Positions 8,995 to 19,208 of a DNA stretch of 64,000 nt are shown in pieces. Below the pieces are notes generated by a model, which ran no database searches, was not told where the DNA came from, and saw nothing but the letters and a program-made list of their open reading frames with translations. The stretch lies in contig OY969413.1 of the NCBI GenBank assembly GCA_963699165.1, forward strand, positions 141,984-205,983, in the 5' to 3' direction. This DNA comes from Candidatus Kaiserbacteria bacterium (lineage in GTDB: Bacteria > Patescibacteriota > Minisyncoccia > Phycocordibacterales > Phycocordibacteraceae). Numbering within the stretch: position 1 is the stretch's first letter; the number at the start of each line of letters is the position of its first letter. A program made the translations under genes and the position numbers.

Positions 8995-9648
8995 ATGCAG
9001 CGTTTAACGAGAGCGGAGTCCGGTTTGACCGCGGCGGAGTACGAAGTGCTGTCGCGGCTTTCAACGCCGCAAAAAATCCAGGACTTTCTCGATGCCATCC
9101 CGATGAATTGGGAAAAAAAGGGCGACACGCATATGTCGCCGCGTGCCGTTCTTCGAGCGAACAAGGCGCACTGCATCGAAGGTGCAATGCTCGCGGCGGT
9201 GGCGCTCTGGATTAACGGCGAGCCGCCTTTGCTTATGGATTTGTCGGCGCGGCTTGGAAAAGGAGATGTCGATCATGTTATTGCGCTCTACAAGCGCGGC
9301 TGATTTTACGGTGCTATCAGCAAAACCAATCACGCAAGCATTCGATTCCGCGACCCGGTGTACCGCACGCCGCGCGAACTGGCGCTTTCGTATTTTCACG
9401 AATGGTTTATGAACGAGACGGCCGAAAAAACGCTTGAATGCTATTCGAAACCGCTCGATATGCGGCGGCTCGGCTTCGGCTGGATTACCGCCGAAGAAGA
9501 TCTATGGAATGTGGATGATGCGTTGAATTCGCTCACTCATTACAATCTGGTGCCGAAAGGGAATTGGCGTCATGTTCGAAAAGCCGACCCGATGGAACTC
9601 AAAGCCGGCCGCCTCGTTGAGTGGCCGGAGTCCGACCCGCGCACCTAA
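8995..9648 (+). pseudogene. Conserved hypothetical protein (Cys-His, transglutaminase/papain-like) interrupted by in-frame TGA at 9301-9303
   Basis: ORFs 8977-9303 and 9358-9648 are in the same frame: AHCIEGA...DHVIALYKRG*FYGAISKTNH...RELALSYFHEWF. Confidence 0.75.
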
Positions 9649-9723
9649 CGGTCTGCGAGGGTCTGACCTTCTCAAAGGTCGAATTTGATAAGAGCTCGCC
9701 GAGTATGCTATAAATACTTCATC

Positions 9724-10128
9724 ATGAGTTCGGGAAAATCCACATACCCCGCCCGATTGCGGGTTGGGAGGTCGAGCGCCGGACTCGGTCTGTATGCAAT
9801 GCGGCCGTTTAAAAAAGGCGAACGCATAATCGAATACTTCGGGCGGGAAATATCGAAGAAAGAAGAATACACGAGCCGCAGCAAATATCTCTTCGAGGTC
9901 AGCTCGCGAAAGACGATTGACGGCACGACGCGCAAGAACACGGCGCGATATATCAATCATTCCTGCCGGCCGAATTGCGAGCCGAATATCGTCCGCGGAC
10001 GCATTTTCATCGACGCGATTCGCGGCATCAAAGCCGGGGAAGAATTGACGTACGACTACGGGAAAGATTATTTTGACGAGCACATCAAGCCGCACGGCTG
10101 CCGATGCGCGAAGTGCAGGCCGAAATAG
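9724..10128 (+). CDS. SET domain protein with post-SET cysteines
   Basis: GLGLYA, ARYINHSCRPNC, GEELTYDYG, CRCAKC. Confidence 0.92.
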   Translation: MSSGKSTYPARLRVGRSSAGLGLYAMRPFKKGERIIEYFGREISKKEEYTSRSKYLFEVSSRKTIDGTTRKNTARYINHSCRPNCEPNIVRGRIFIDAIRGIKAGEELTYDYGKDYFDEHIKPHGCRCAKCRPK

Positions 10129-10156
10129 AAAAAGCCCCGCTTTCGCGGGGCTTTTT
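10128..10156. terminator. Bidirectional intrinsic terminator
   Basis: GAAAAAGCCCCGC-TTTC-GCGGGGCTTTTTC between convergent genes. Confidence 0.8.
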
Positions 10157-10168
10157 CCAACAAGATGA

Positions 10169-10378
10169 TTACACCTTGCTGACGTTGAGAGCGTTGGGGC
10201 CTTTCGGGCTGTCGCCGATTTCAAAGGAAACCTTGTCTCCTTCCTGGAGCTCGTCGAACGAGACGTTCTGGAGTTCGTTGGAATGGAAGAAAAGGTCCTT
10301 TGCACCCGGCTGCGAGCCGTCGACTTTGATGAAGCCGAAACCCTTGTCGTTCTTCTTGATGACGGTACCGTTTTGCAT
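10169..10378 (-). CDS. cspA: Cold-shock domain protein
   Basis: KGFGFI (RNP1), DLFFH (RNP2), KGPNALNV. Confidence 0.93.
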   Translation of the reverse strand: MQNGTVIKKNDKGFGFIKVDGSQPGAKDLFFHSNELQNVSFDELQEGDKVSFEIGDSPKGPNALNVSKV

Positions 10379-10498
10379 GCTGCAGATAGATATACGTGAC
10401 TAAAATATCAAATCAGTAGCCGAGATAGAAGCTCGATCCCACTTCTCTGGATCAGGCGCTGGTTGATAAATACAGAGTATCAGATATGATATTAATTG

Positions 10499-11542
10499 TC
10501 AATGAAGTGTACGCGTCCAGTACTTTTGGCAGTCCCCGACGGTTAATGTACACACAATATACCGCAAGGGGGACACCATGCCGAGCGACTGGTGCGGGCG
10601 TTTGGTGTTGTACCAGATCAGCCAGTCGACAAGCTTCAGATTGAAGGAATGAATATCGTCCCGCAGCAGGCCCCGATTCAGCATGATGAAGTCCTCGGAG
10701 ACGGTGCGATTGAATCGTTCGACGTGGGCATTCATCTTGGGAGTGCGGGGGCGGGTGTGAAAGTGCGTGAGCCCGAGTTCGGCACAGGCATCCTCGAAGT
10801 GTTTGGCGAACTCGCTCCCGTTGTCGGTCTGCAACTCGTCGATATCGAAGGGGCAAACCTCGATGACTCGGCGAAGGAAGTCGTCCGCGCTTCTCGACGA
10901 GTGGTTCGTATACGCGCCCGCAAAGGCGAACTTCCGCTCCACGTCCACTGCCGTGAGGACGTACCGCTTCACGCCGTCGATGAAGCGGACGACGGTATCG
11001 AGCTCCATGCCGCGCTTGCCGGTGCGGCGAAGCTTGGTACGGCGTTTCTGCGGTGTTTCCGTGTGATTGCCCGTACGTGCGTGGAACGAGAGCCGGCTCT
11101 GCTGCGGGAGCAGACCGCGGTTCTTCAAATCCAGAATGACCCGCCCAACGTATGACTCCGACACGGAGTACCCTTCTTCGCGCAGGAGAACGGCAAGCTT
11201 TGCTTTCCCAAGCCGGGGATGCGCCTGTCGTTCGCGGATGATGAAATCCTCGACCTCGGGCAGAACAGTCCTCCTTCGACGCGCCTTCGGCGCAGTGCTC
11301 TTCGGGTCAAGTGCATCAATGCGGCCCTCGTGGGCTTTGAGTTCCTCCTTCCAGCGATACAAGGTGCGCTCCGAGGTGCCAAAGGCGTCGTATGTGGCCT
11401 CCGTCCCGTGCATGTCCCAGAATCCCAATATCTTCACCCGTCTGTCGACTTCCTTTGGTTTCCGCATATGCCGCAATCGTATCGTCCTTTCCCACATGCT
11501 CAACCAGCCCTTCGTACCCCTGAAATTGCTTCTGATGCGCAT
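10499..11542 (-). CDS. IS481-like DDE transposase; stop codon outside the element
   Basis: HTH plus ELDTV, TDNGSEF, HVERFNRT; ends ...YWTRT-LH* in flank. Confidence 0.93.
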   Translation of the reverse strand: MRIRSNFRGTKGWLSMWERTIRLRHMRKPKEVDRRVKILGFWDMHGTEATYDAFGTSERTLYRWKEELKAHEGRIDALDPKSTAPKARRRRTVLPEVEDFIIRERQAHPRLGKAKLAVLLREEGYSVSESYVGRVILDLKNRGLLPQQSRLSFHARTGNHTETPQKRRTKLRRTGKRGMELDTVVRFIDGVKRYVLTAVDVERKFAFAGAYTNHSSRSADDFLRRVIEVCPFDIDELQTDNGSEFAKHFEDACAELGLTHFHTRPRTPKMNAHVERFNRTVSEDFIMLNRGLLRDDIHSFNLKLVDWLIWYNTKRPHQSLGMVSPLRYIVCTLTVGDCQKYWTRTLH

Positions 11543-11587
11543 ATATCCTCGGTTATGAGGACTGCCAAATGTATCTGAACTTATGCA
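10508..11587 (-). mobile_element. IS481-like element copy 1 (1080 bp)
   Basis: IRs TGTACGCGTCCAGTACTTTTGGCAGTCC / TGCATAAGTTCAGATACATTTGGCAGTCC; TSD TGAAG at 10503-10507 and 11588-11592. Confidence 0.95.
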
Positions 11588-11601
11588 TGAAGGCGGGGGT
11601 G

Positions 11602-12666
11602 CTACTTCCCGCGGCCGTAGTATTTTTTCAAAAGCGCGACGTGCTCGGCGTAGGTGTCTGAGCAGTGGAATTGATGGTTTGCATCATGAAAATAGAAAAG
11701 ACAGGACGTCTGTATCGGATTGAGAGCGGCAAGAACGGCCGCGACGGAGGGATTTGCAATCGGTCCCGGCGGGAGTCCCGGATTCAAATACGTGTTGTAC
11801 GGCGACTTTTGAGAAATATCTTTCGGTTTTACGGCCGGCCACCAGCTTGTCGTCGTCGGGTTGTTTGCTTTCGCGTACTGTACCGTCGCATCGATTTGCA
11901 GATTCATATTCGCAAAAAGCCGGTTCCAGATAATGCCGGAAATGATGCGCATATCATCCGGTCCGCCCGCTTCGCGCTCGATGAGCGCGGCGACGTTCAG
12001 AGCTTCGCTCATGGGAACGACCTGCTGCGTCGTTGTTCCGTAATGTGAAGCCACGTCTTCGTAAAAACGTTCGTCCAGCATCGTTTCTGCGGCTGCCGGC
12101 GACGCATTGCTGTCGACGAGGTATACGCCCGGCGAAAATGTTCCGTCGGTTACCGAAAGCAACGGATATCCGGCTGTCGCGAGAAAGTCCTCTTTCTGAC
12201 GGTTAGTCCACCCGAGCGAGTCGGCAAACGCTTCGGCAACCTGTTCTTTGCGCATGCCCGGCTGGACGGTTACGAAGCGGCCGTCAACCGCGCCGAGGTT
12301 TTGATACCACGATGCCGAGGCGATTGAGGTTGCAATCCAGTCGAAGACGTACTGAAACACGGTCTGCGCATTCCATGCTGCGGCTTGCAGCGGGGAATTC
12401 GCATCGTCGAGATATGCGTTTACGGTTGGATTTTCGACTATAATCTTTCTTTGCGGATCAACCGTCACGGGAAACTGCTGCGGCGCCGCAGAGACGGTTT
12501 GATTTTGCGTCTGCCGTACGTCAAGCGCGAGCAGCACCGGAACGGAGACGACTCCGCCGACGAGCGCGCCGGTGCCGATAAGAGCGATGCAGGTAAGCGC
12601 GGCAAAGCGCCGCATGTTATTCGGCCGCGCCGTCTTTTTTCGTTCGTTGTGAGGGATGAGTTCCAC
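11602..12666 (-). CDS. mltG: Endolytic transglycosylase MltG (YceG family)
   Basis: AALIEREA, NRL...LQIDAT, SPYNTY..PGLPPGPIANP, FYFH. Confidence 0.88.
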   Translation of the reverse strand: MELIPHNERKKTARPNNMRRFAALTCIALIGTGALVGGVVSVPVLLALDVRQTQNQTVSAAPQQFPVTVDPQRKIIVENPTVNAYLDDANSPLQAAAWNAQTVFQYVFDWIATSIASASWYQNLGAVDGRFVTVQPGMRKEQVAEAFADSLGWTNRQKEDFLATAGYPLLSVTDGTFSPGVYLVDSNASPAAAETMLDERFYEDVASHYGTTTQQVVPMSEALNVAALIEREAGGPDDMRIISGIIWNRLFANMNLQIDATVQYAKANNPTTTSWWPAVKPKDISQKSPYNTYLNPGLPPGPIANPSVAAVLAALNPIQTSCLFYFHDANHQFHCSDTYAEHVALLKKYYGRGK

Positions 12667-12710
12667 GGCGGATATTGATTATCTTCATTGTACCCATAAA
12701 ACTCCGATTT

Positions 12711-13343
12711 TTAAACCCGGCGCCGAAAGCCGTGGGAAAGTCCGATGCCTATCAAAAGCCACAACGCGCCGAGTGCATAGCCCGCAACGACATCGCTTGG
12801 GAAATGAACACCGAGATACAGGCGGCTGAATCCGATAGCAAGCATGCCAATCGCCGCGAACGCGAGCACCAGTTTCTTTTTTGCCGGGAAGCGTTCGCAA
12901 AGAAAAAACGCGATAAAGCCGTACAGCGCGACTGCGATGGTCGCGTGTCCGCTCGGGTATGAATACGAGTGCTCAACGACGGTAGGAATGAGGCCGTTCG
13001 GCCGGGCGCGCTCGATAAAATCCTTCATGGCAAGCATTGAAACACCCGCTCCGAAAAGGTTCACCGCAAACCCTGCTTCGTAGGATTTGCGGTGCGGCGC
13101 AAGCAATAGGTAGACGCCGACAATGACCGCAATGCCGGCAACAACGAGCGGATTTCCAAGATAGGTTATCCAGTCGAACACGTTTAAAAGAAACGGCGTG
13201 CGGATGCCGACCATGAAATTCTCAAACGCCGCATCGGCGGTAAGCACAAAGCTGTTCGGCGAGCTCACTGCCGCCGTAAGCGCGGCAAGAAACAATACTA
13301 AACAAGCGCCCGTCCAGCGTGCGGGGAAATGCCGGTCGGTCAT
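12711..13343 (-). CDS. PAP2-family phosphatase (undecaprenyl-PP phosphatase-like)
   Basis: K....RARP, SYPSGH, SRLYLGVHFPSDV. Confidence 0.92.
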   Translation of the reverse strand: MTDRHFPARWTGACLVLFLAALTAAVSSPNSFVLTADAAFENFMVGIRTPFLLNVFDWITYLGNPLVVAGIAVIVGVYLLLAPHRKSYEAGFAVNLFGAGVSMLAMKDFIERARPNGLIPTVVEHSYSYPSGHATIAVALYGFIAFFLCERFPAKKKLVLAFAAIGMLAIGFSRLYLGVHFPSDVVAGYALGALWLLIGIGLSHGFRRRV

Positions 13344-13687
13344 AGGTACGGAATGAAAATGAAGCACGCGAGTAGCGCGGCGCAAAGCGCGGTCACGAGA
13401 ACGGCCGCGGCGGAAAGGTCTTTTATTTTTGCGATGTGCGGGTCGTGCGTCGGCTGAAACTTGTCGCAAAGCTCTTCCAGTGCCGTGTTGAAAATCTCGG
13501 CTGCGAGCACGACGCCGATGGTAAGAAGCACTAGCGCAAACTCGAAGGATGACAGTCCGACGAACAGTCCGAGCGCAATGGCAAGCAGGGCACACGCAAT
13601 TTCAATGCGAAAATTATTTCCTTCCCGCCAAGCGATAGTGAGCCCCTTCCATGCATAGCGAAATGATGCGGCTAGCTGTTTCGACAT
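13340..13687 (-). CDS. dgkA: Diacylglycerol/undecaprenol kinase (DgkA family)
   Basis: SFRYAWKGL, AEIFNTALEELCD, KIKDLSAAAV. Confidence 0.9.
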   Translation of the reverse strand: MSKQLAASFRYAWKGLTIAWREGNNFRIEIACALLAIALGLFVGLSSFEFALVLLTIGVVLAAEIFNTALEELCDKFQPTHDPHIAKIKDLSAAAVLVTALCAALLACFIFIPYL

Positions 13688-13761
13688 ATTTTTTAGTATA
13701 CAACGGCCTGCAAACAAACGCTCCCGCGCCGCCCTGGCATATTTTTCACCATCGGTATAAG

Positions 13762-13905
13762 ATGCGCCATTCGTTGGCCGACGCTCTCAAAGCCGGCTAC
13801 CAAGTATACGGTCTAACCGACGAGGGTTACCTCGTCCGCACGCGAACGGACCGCGGATGGGCACTGGCGCTCGCCGTCCTGCGACCCAAGGGTGTGTACG
13901 CCTAG
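13762..13905 (+). CDS. Small hypothetical protein (47 aa)
   Basis: MRHSLADALKAGYQVYG...GYLVRTRTDRGWALALAV, protein-like composition, hairpins downstream. Confidence 0.55.
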   Translation: MRHSLADALKAGYQVYGLTDEGYLVRTRTDRGWALALAVLRPKGVYA

Positions 13906-14058
13906 GCCGCCCGCCCCTCATCACTCATTTCTGTAGACCTCCCTAACCGGAGGTCTCATCCTGTAAGGCATACGTTTTCGCCTTTATTTTTTATACTGAA
14001 ACTTTTAGCAAAAAAATAAACCGCCTGTTGAGGCGGTGGGGCATGAGTGGTTATCGTT

Positions 14059-14256
14059 CTAGGCAGGGGTATAATGATTGTTCGATTCTTTGCACGAATC
14101 TCCTTCGTCGCGCGACAGAGGGTCGAGAGTCCGATGTGCTGCCACCAGGTGGCCGAAGGGACTTTTTCTATTTGGATTGAGAGCGACCTGTCTGCCGCAT
14201 CCCGGGCACTGTGCGGTTTTTACCGCTTCGCTAACCTGCTCTGGTGTAGCATTCAC
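14059..14256 (-). CDS. Small orphan protein with CPGC motif
   Basis: GGAGG SD, GTG start, promoter TTGACT-17-TAATTT at 14322-14294, terminator near 14020-14040. Confidence 0.55.
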   Translation of the reverse strand: MNATPEQVSEAVKTAQCPGCGRQVALNPNRKSPFGHLVAAHRTLDPLSRDEGDSCKESNNHYTPA

Positions 14257-14327
14257 TGTTTTTCCTCCGAAATGGTTTGAGAACTCTGATTCCAAATTAC
14301 ACAATGCCGTAGCGGCAGTCAAGTTTT

Positions 14328-15407
14328 TGTACGCGTCCAGTACTTTTGGCAGTCCCCGACGGTTAATGTACACACAATATACCGCAAGGGGGACACCATG
14401 CCGAGCGACTGGTGCGGGCGTTTGGTGTTGTACCAGATCAGCCAGTCGACAAGCTTCAGATTGAAGGAATGAATATCGTCCCGCAGCAGGCCCCGATTCA
14501 GCATGATGAAGTCCTCGGACACGGTGCGATTGAATCGTTCGACGTGGGCATTCATCTTGGGAGTGCGGGGGCGGGTGTGAAAGTGCGTGAGCCCGAGTTC
14601 GGCACAGGCATCCTCGAAGTGTTTGGCGAACTCGCTCCCGTTGTCGGTCTGCAACTCGTCGATATCGAAGGGGCAAACCTCGATGACTCGGCGAAGGAAG
14701 TCGTCCGCGCTTCTCGACGAGTGGTTCGTATACGCGCCCGCAAAGGCGAACTTCCGCTCCACGTCCACTGCCGTGAGGACGTACCGCTTCACGCCGTCGA
14801 TGAAGCGGACGACGGTATCGAGCTCCATGCCGCGCTTGCCGGTGCGGCGAAGCTTGGTACGGCGTTTCTGCGGTGTTTCCGTGTGATTGCCCGTACGTGC
14901 GTGGAACGAGAGCCGGCTCTGCTGCGGGAGCAGACCGCGGTTCTTCAAATCCAGAATGACCCGCCCAACGTATGACTCCGACACGGAGTACCCTTCTTCG
15001 CGCAGGAGAACGGCAAGCTTTGCTTTCCCAAGCCGGGGATGCGCCTGTCGTTCGCGGATGATGAAATCCTCGACCTCGGGCAGAACAGTCCTCCTTCGAC
15101 GCGCCTTCGGCGCAGTGCTCTTCGGGTCAAGTGCATCAATGCGGCCCTCGTGGGCTTTGAGTTCCTCCTTCCAGCGATACAAGGTGCGCTCCGAGGTGCC
15201 AAAGGCGTCGTATGTGGCCTCCGTCCCGTGCATGTCCCAGAATCCCAATATCTTCACCCGTCTGTCGACTTCCTTTGGTTTCCGCATATGCCGCAATCGT
15301 ATCGTCCTTTCCCACATGCTCAACCAGCCCTTCGTACCCCTGAAATTGCTTCTGATGCGCATATATCCTCGGTTATGAGGACTGCCAAATGTATCTGAAC
15401 TTATGCA
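14328..15407 (-). mobile_element. IS481-like element copy 2
   Basis: Near-identical to copy 1; TSD GTTTT at 14323-14327 and 15408-15412; transposase 14319-15362 ends ...TRT-KT*. Confidence 0.95.
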
Positions 15408-15427
15408 GTTTTCCGCCAAAATACGGC

Positions 15428-16495
15428 TTATTTCTGAGCGCTTACGTCATCGTAGGTGACTTTCGATACTTGCGCGATAAATTTTGATAGAGCATCGACG
15501 TCTTTGCCCTCGGTCATGACGCAAATCAGATACGGGTGCGTCGGGTGATACACGATGCCGCAGTCGCTCAGCTCGACGCCCGTAACCTGACTGTCGGAGG
15601 AGGTGACCGCGTGCTCGCCGAATTTGTGCGCGACGACCACGTCGCTCGGGACGCCCGCCACGAGTCCGCTCGTGAAAGTCGATTCGGAGAGCAGCTTTAG
15701 AATATTGTTGGAGTCACTCCACGAGAGGTCGTATGTTCCGTAATACAAAATGCGCAGGAATCGGGAATATTCCTGCGCCGAAATAGTGAGAGTATTGGTC
15801 GCGCTGGTGCTCGTCGGCTCCTGTATCGACAAGTCGGTGAACATTTGGGTGAGGATTTTCGGGTCCATCGAAAGTACTAACAAGTCCTTTGCGCCGTTGT
15901 CCGAATCGGAAAGCATTTCTTTCAGGAGATAGGGAACCGAATAGGATTGCCCGACCGTTAAATCGACCGGCGGCGCCAAATCAAATTGCGACTGGATGTT
16001 CGCTATGTCTTGCGTGTAAGTGAGTTGCCGTGAAAGAAATCCCGGCGTCGATTCTTCTTGCTTGTATGCGCCTACCGCGAACGCGACTTTGAGCATGCTG
16101 GCCGGGTCGTATTGGTCCGTTTCGTTGATGCCGGTCCACTTGCCGGTGGTGAGGTCTTTGAAGTAGTAGGCATAGCGTGTCACCGCTCCGGCCGGTTGAT
16201 TGGCGGCGATTTTGGCAACATTGTCGTGCAATGACGCCAATTCCGCTTCTTTGTATGTCCTCGAAATGCTGAACGTGAGAAGCGGTTTGATGAACTGATA
16301 CGGCGTGTTGTTGTCGAGTGTATAGCTGACAATGTCGCTGTTTTCCGTTTGGTATACGCCAAACGCATAGCTCGCGTATCCGACTAGAGCGACGAGGATG
16401 ATAACTATGAGAGCGGCAACTGCGAATCGGATTTTCGTTTCTTTTGATTTCGGCAGCAATTCAGCAACGCTCGTTTTCGGATTTTTCCCCGCCAT
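15428..16495 (-). CDS. Serine hydrolase, class A beta-lactamase-like, membrane anchored
   Basis: PASMLK (SxxK), SDN, VAHKFG (KTG-like), N-terminal TM. Confidence 0.85.
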   Translation of the reverse strand: MAGKNPKTSVAELLPKSKETKIRFAVAALIVIILVALVGYASYAFGVYQTENSDIVSYTLDNNTPYQFIKPLLTFSISRTYKEAELASLHDNVAKIAANQPAGAVTRYAYYFKDLTTGKWTGINETDQYDPASMLKVAFAVGAYKQEESTPGFLSRQLTYTQDIANIQSQFDLAPPVDLTVGQSYSVPYLLKEMLSDSDNGAKDLLVLSMDPKILTQMFTDLSIQEPTSTSATNTLTISAQEYSRFLRILYYGTYDLSWSDSNNILKLLSESTFTSGLVAGVPSDVVVAHKFGEHAVTSSDSQVTGVELSDCGIVYHPTHPYLICVMTEGKDVDALSKFIAQVSKVTYDDVSAQK

Positions 16496-16525
16496 GTGCA
16501 AATAGTAGCACGCAACCAACGGCTG

Positions 16526-17797
16526 TTATAATTTATTCAACACGGCGCGGGTAGCGGGGCCGACGGAACCGACGCGGGCAAGTCCGTGCGCGGCCTGAAG
16601 TTTTTTAACGGCCGCGAAGGTTAGCGTTCCGAAATACCCGGTCGGGGTCCCGCCGAGATAGCCAAGCGCTAGTAAACGCTGCTGCAATTGCAGGACGGCA
16701 ACGCCGCGCGACCCGATTCCGAGCGGCGTTGTGAAGATGTATTTTTGCACTGCGGTAGTGACGGCAGGAGTTGCAGCGGCCGCGGAAGTGCTTGCCGCAG
16801 TCGTGGCCGAAGATGTCGTTGCTGCGGGAACGCTTGCCGTCGCTGGTTGCACAATCGGAACGGCCGAAGAAGCCGTAATCATAACCGTCTCGGTTGTCGA
16901 AGCGGAGTTGCCGTATGCGTCGGTTGCAGTCACGACAATCGTGTGGAGGCCGATATCGGAGAGCGTGGGTTCCCACGAGAAGTATCCGGCCGAATTGATA
17001 TTGCTCGCCGCAATCGTGCTTGTGCCGTAAAACTGGTCGCTAACGCCGTACGTCGTCGTGCTCGTAAGTTGTCCCGCATTTGCATAAAACGAGACCGTCG
17101 AGCCGACACCCGCACCCGAGCCGGGCTGCAGGGAACGGATAGATACGGACGGTGCAATCACGGTAATGGTCTGCTGAGTTTGCGCGTTATGCCCCTGGAT
17201 GTCGGATGCGACGACGGTCAGCGCATGAACACCGACATCGTCATTTGCCGGCGTCCACGAGAATGCTCCCGAGGAATTAATATCGCCCGTATTGAGCGAG
17301 CTCATGGGAGACGAGTCATATACCGCGTAGCTCGGGGTTACAAATCCGGGCGCGACGGCGGTGAATGTAATCGTTCGCCCAACGGCAATAACCGGTCCCG
17401 GAGAAATGGCCGTGACGAAAACCGAATTGCTTGCGACAAGGACGCTTACGGTCGTCGATGCGGCATGATTGTACCCATCCGTAACCGTAACGGTAATAGT
17501 GTGTCTGCCGGCGTCATACATGCCGGGCGTCCAGGTGAAATATCCCGAAGCATCAATGCTTCCCGTCGTCGCTCCGGAGCCGGTGTATGAATCGCTGAGC
17601 GTGTATTTGGGGTCGGTAAAACCGGCGCTCGATACGGAAAATGTAACCACTGTGCCGGGCGAAATCGCTTCCGAGGGCGGCGCGCTTGCTATTTGCACCG
17701 ACTCGGCAGAAGCGAATAAGGGAAGGAAACCGAGCACGACAAATATTCCGGCAAAAAACAATCGAAGAAAAAATCGGACAAAATTATGTATAGCCAT
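16526..17797 (-). CDS. Secreted protein with three putative Ig-like repeats and C-terminal peptidoglycan-binding domain
   Basis: Repeated G.F.W.P...D.G.H...V...D; LQQRL..LGY...TGYFG.LT.AAVK. Confidence 0.85.
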   Translation of the reverse strand: MAIHNFVRFFLRLFFAGIFVVLGFLPLFASAESVQIASAPPSEAISPGTVVTFSVSSAGFTDPKYTLSDSYTGSGATTGSIDASGYFTWTPGMYDAGRHTITVTVTDGYNHAASTTVSVLVASNSVFVTAISPGPVIAVGRTITFTAVAPGFVTPSYAVYDSSPMSSLNTGDINSSGAFSWTPANDDVGVHALTVVASDIQGHNAQTQQTITVIAPSVSIRSLQPGSGAGVGSTVSFYANAGQLTSTTTYGVSDQFYGTSTIAASNINSAGYFSWEPTLSDIGLHTIVVTATDAYGNSASTTETVMITASSAVPIVQPATASVPAATTSSATTAASTSAAAATPAVTTAVQKYIFTTPLGIGSRGVAVLQLQQRLLALGYLGGTPTGYFGTLTFAAVKKLQAAHGLARVGSVGPATRAVLNKL

Positions 17798-17852
17798 GCA
17801 ATCATGGTACTACACCCGTTCGGGGAGGCGGACGCACACCTGTTTACAGAAA

Positions 17853-18092
17853 TTACGATTCCGCGATTTTTGTACGGATGGTGAGCCAATCCATCACCTT
17901 TTTTCGATGGCGGTCGAGCGACCATTGTTCGCCTTCTTTGAAAAGCGATTTGTTTGTCTTTCGAAACTCGCGCAAAAGCTCCACTGACGCCTGCGGAAAT
18001 TGCTCGGGCAAGTCCTCGTTGTAAGAGGCGAGGAAATCGGAAAACGAAAGATGCTTCTCGCTCCGTTCTTTGTCCAAATCGGGAATTCTCAT
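17853..18092 (-). CDS. Hypothetical protein
   Basis: 79-aa ORF, -10 TATTAT 8 nt before ATG, WSLDRHRKKVMDWL motif. Confidence 0.7.
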   Translation of the reverse strand: MRIPDLDKERSEKHLSFSDFLASYNEDLPEQFPQASVELLREFRKTNKSLFKEGEQWSLDRHRKKVMDWLTIRTKIAES

Positions 18093-18175
18093 TACCTTTG
18101 ATAATACCACGACTTTTTCAGAAAAGCAATTTTTAAAAAAGTAGAGCGCCTCCGGTATTACCGGAGGCGCATGAA

Positions 18176-18358
18176 TCAGGCGTGCTCTCGCGTCAGCCGA
18201 AGCAGTGCGGCACGATCTTTCAGGGTTGCGGCGGTTCCGTCATGTATGAACGGTGAACGTTCACCGCTGCGTGGACGAGGATGATCCGCCAGCCATTCCT
18301 CAAAGGCCTGTCGTGCCTTCGCGAGTTCCGGCGTTTCTCGTTCTGCAGAAATGGTCAT
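18176..18358 (-). CDS. Orphan small protein (cassette)
   Basis: Purine-rich SD, promoter TTGCGA-17-TATGGT, terminator 18135-18170. Confidence 0.5.
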   Translation of the reverse strand: MTISAERETPELAKARQAFEEWLADHPRPRSGERSPFIHDGTAATLKDRAALLRLTREHA

Positions 18359-18530
18359 TTCCCTCTTTCCTCATAACAAAGGTGCGCAAACAAAAAAGTG
18401 CAGTCCTGCACTGGCGACACCATACAATATCGCTTGTAATATCGCAATTGTTTTCAAGAAATGAGGTGTGCATAAGATTTCTGAATAAAGTCATTTGTAT
18501 AAAAAAGAGTGAGCCGTCTGGGTAGACGGC

Positions 18531-18758
18531 TCAATCATCGGGGTCCCCGTTTCTTAGTTGAGCGACCTGCTCGGCATCGGCATTCCACCACGGGCTTCCG
18601 ATGCTTTGTAAAGTTTCTTCCTCGGGGACGACCTCTGCTAATCTCCGGCTTGCGCTCTTTCGACTTCGACGACTCGCGAGTCGCTCACGCGCTCCGGGGT
18701 CAGTGTTTGCCTTCAATATGTCCCGACGCACGTGGTCCGGAATGTGTCTTTCCCCCAT
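18531..18758 (-). CDS. Orphan small protein (cassette)
   Basis: TAAGGAG SD, promoter TTGACT-16-TATGAT, terminator 18500-18532. Confidence 0.5.
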   Translation of the reverse strand: MGERHIPDHVRRDILKANTDPGARERLASRRSRKSASRRLAEVVPEEETLQSIGSPWWNADAEQVAQLRNGDPDD

Positions 18759-18884
18759 AGTACCCCATCTCCTTAGGAGGTGCTATCAGCTTTCCATCAT
18801 ACATAATATCGAAATATAGTCAAGTTTTTCGCCTGTGCATAAAAAGCCCGTGGCGGGGTCGAAACCTCCGCCACGGGGGATGTT

Positions 18885-19208
18885 TTAGTCGCGGTCCGGA
18901 TATCGATTCGAAAGGATATCCAGCACCATCTCGATTTTATCTACGACTCGGTGCGGCAATTCGAATTGTTGCGCAATTTCCCTCGGGTCGAAACGGCAGT
19001 CGATGACCTTCGGACTTAGGTGCCTAATGCCCGTTCCATCCGAAATGAGCATGTCGGCTCTGCGGTGCCTTCTGATGGTGCCGTTCAAACGGTCTGCATG
19101 GGAACACAAAACTAAATCGAACGGAAGATTTTGTTTCGCCGCGAGCCACTTAATGCTTGCAAAGCTGCCGGATCTCGCCGTTACGACAATGACTGTTGTT
19201 CTGCGCAC
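18885..19208 (-). CDS. Orphan protein (cassette)
   Basis: GAGGAG SD with GTG start, terminator 18841-18878. Confidence 0.5.
   Translation of the reverse strand: MRRTTVIVVTARSGSFASIKWLAAKQNLPFDLVLCSHADRLNGTIRRHRRADMLISDGTGIRHLSPKVIDCRFDPREIAQQFELPHRVVDKIEMVLDILSNRYPDRD

Noticed and set aside
14313-14327. Identical 15-bp flank CGGCAGTCAAGTTTT before IS copies 2 and 5 as sign of duplication or misassembly
   Set aside because: Identity stops after 15 bp and mostly covers the target plus -35 box; better explained by similar promoters being targeted
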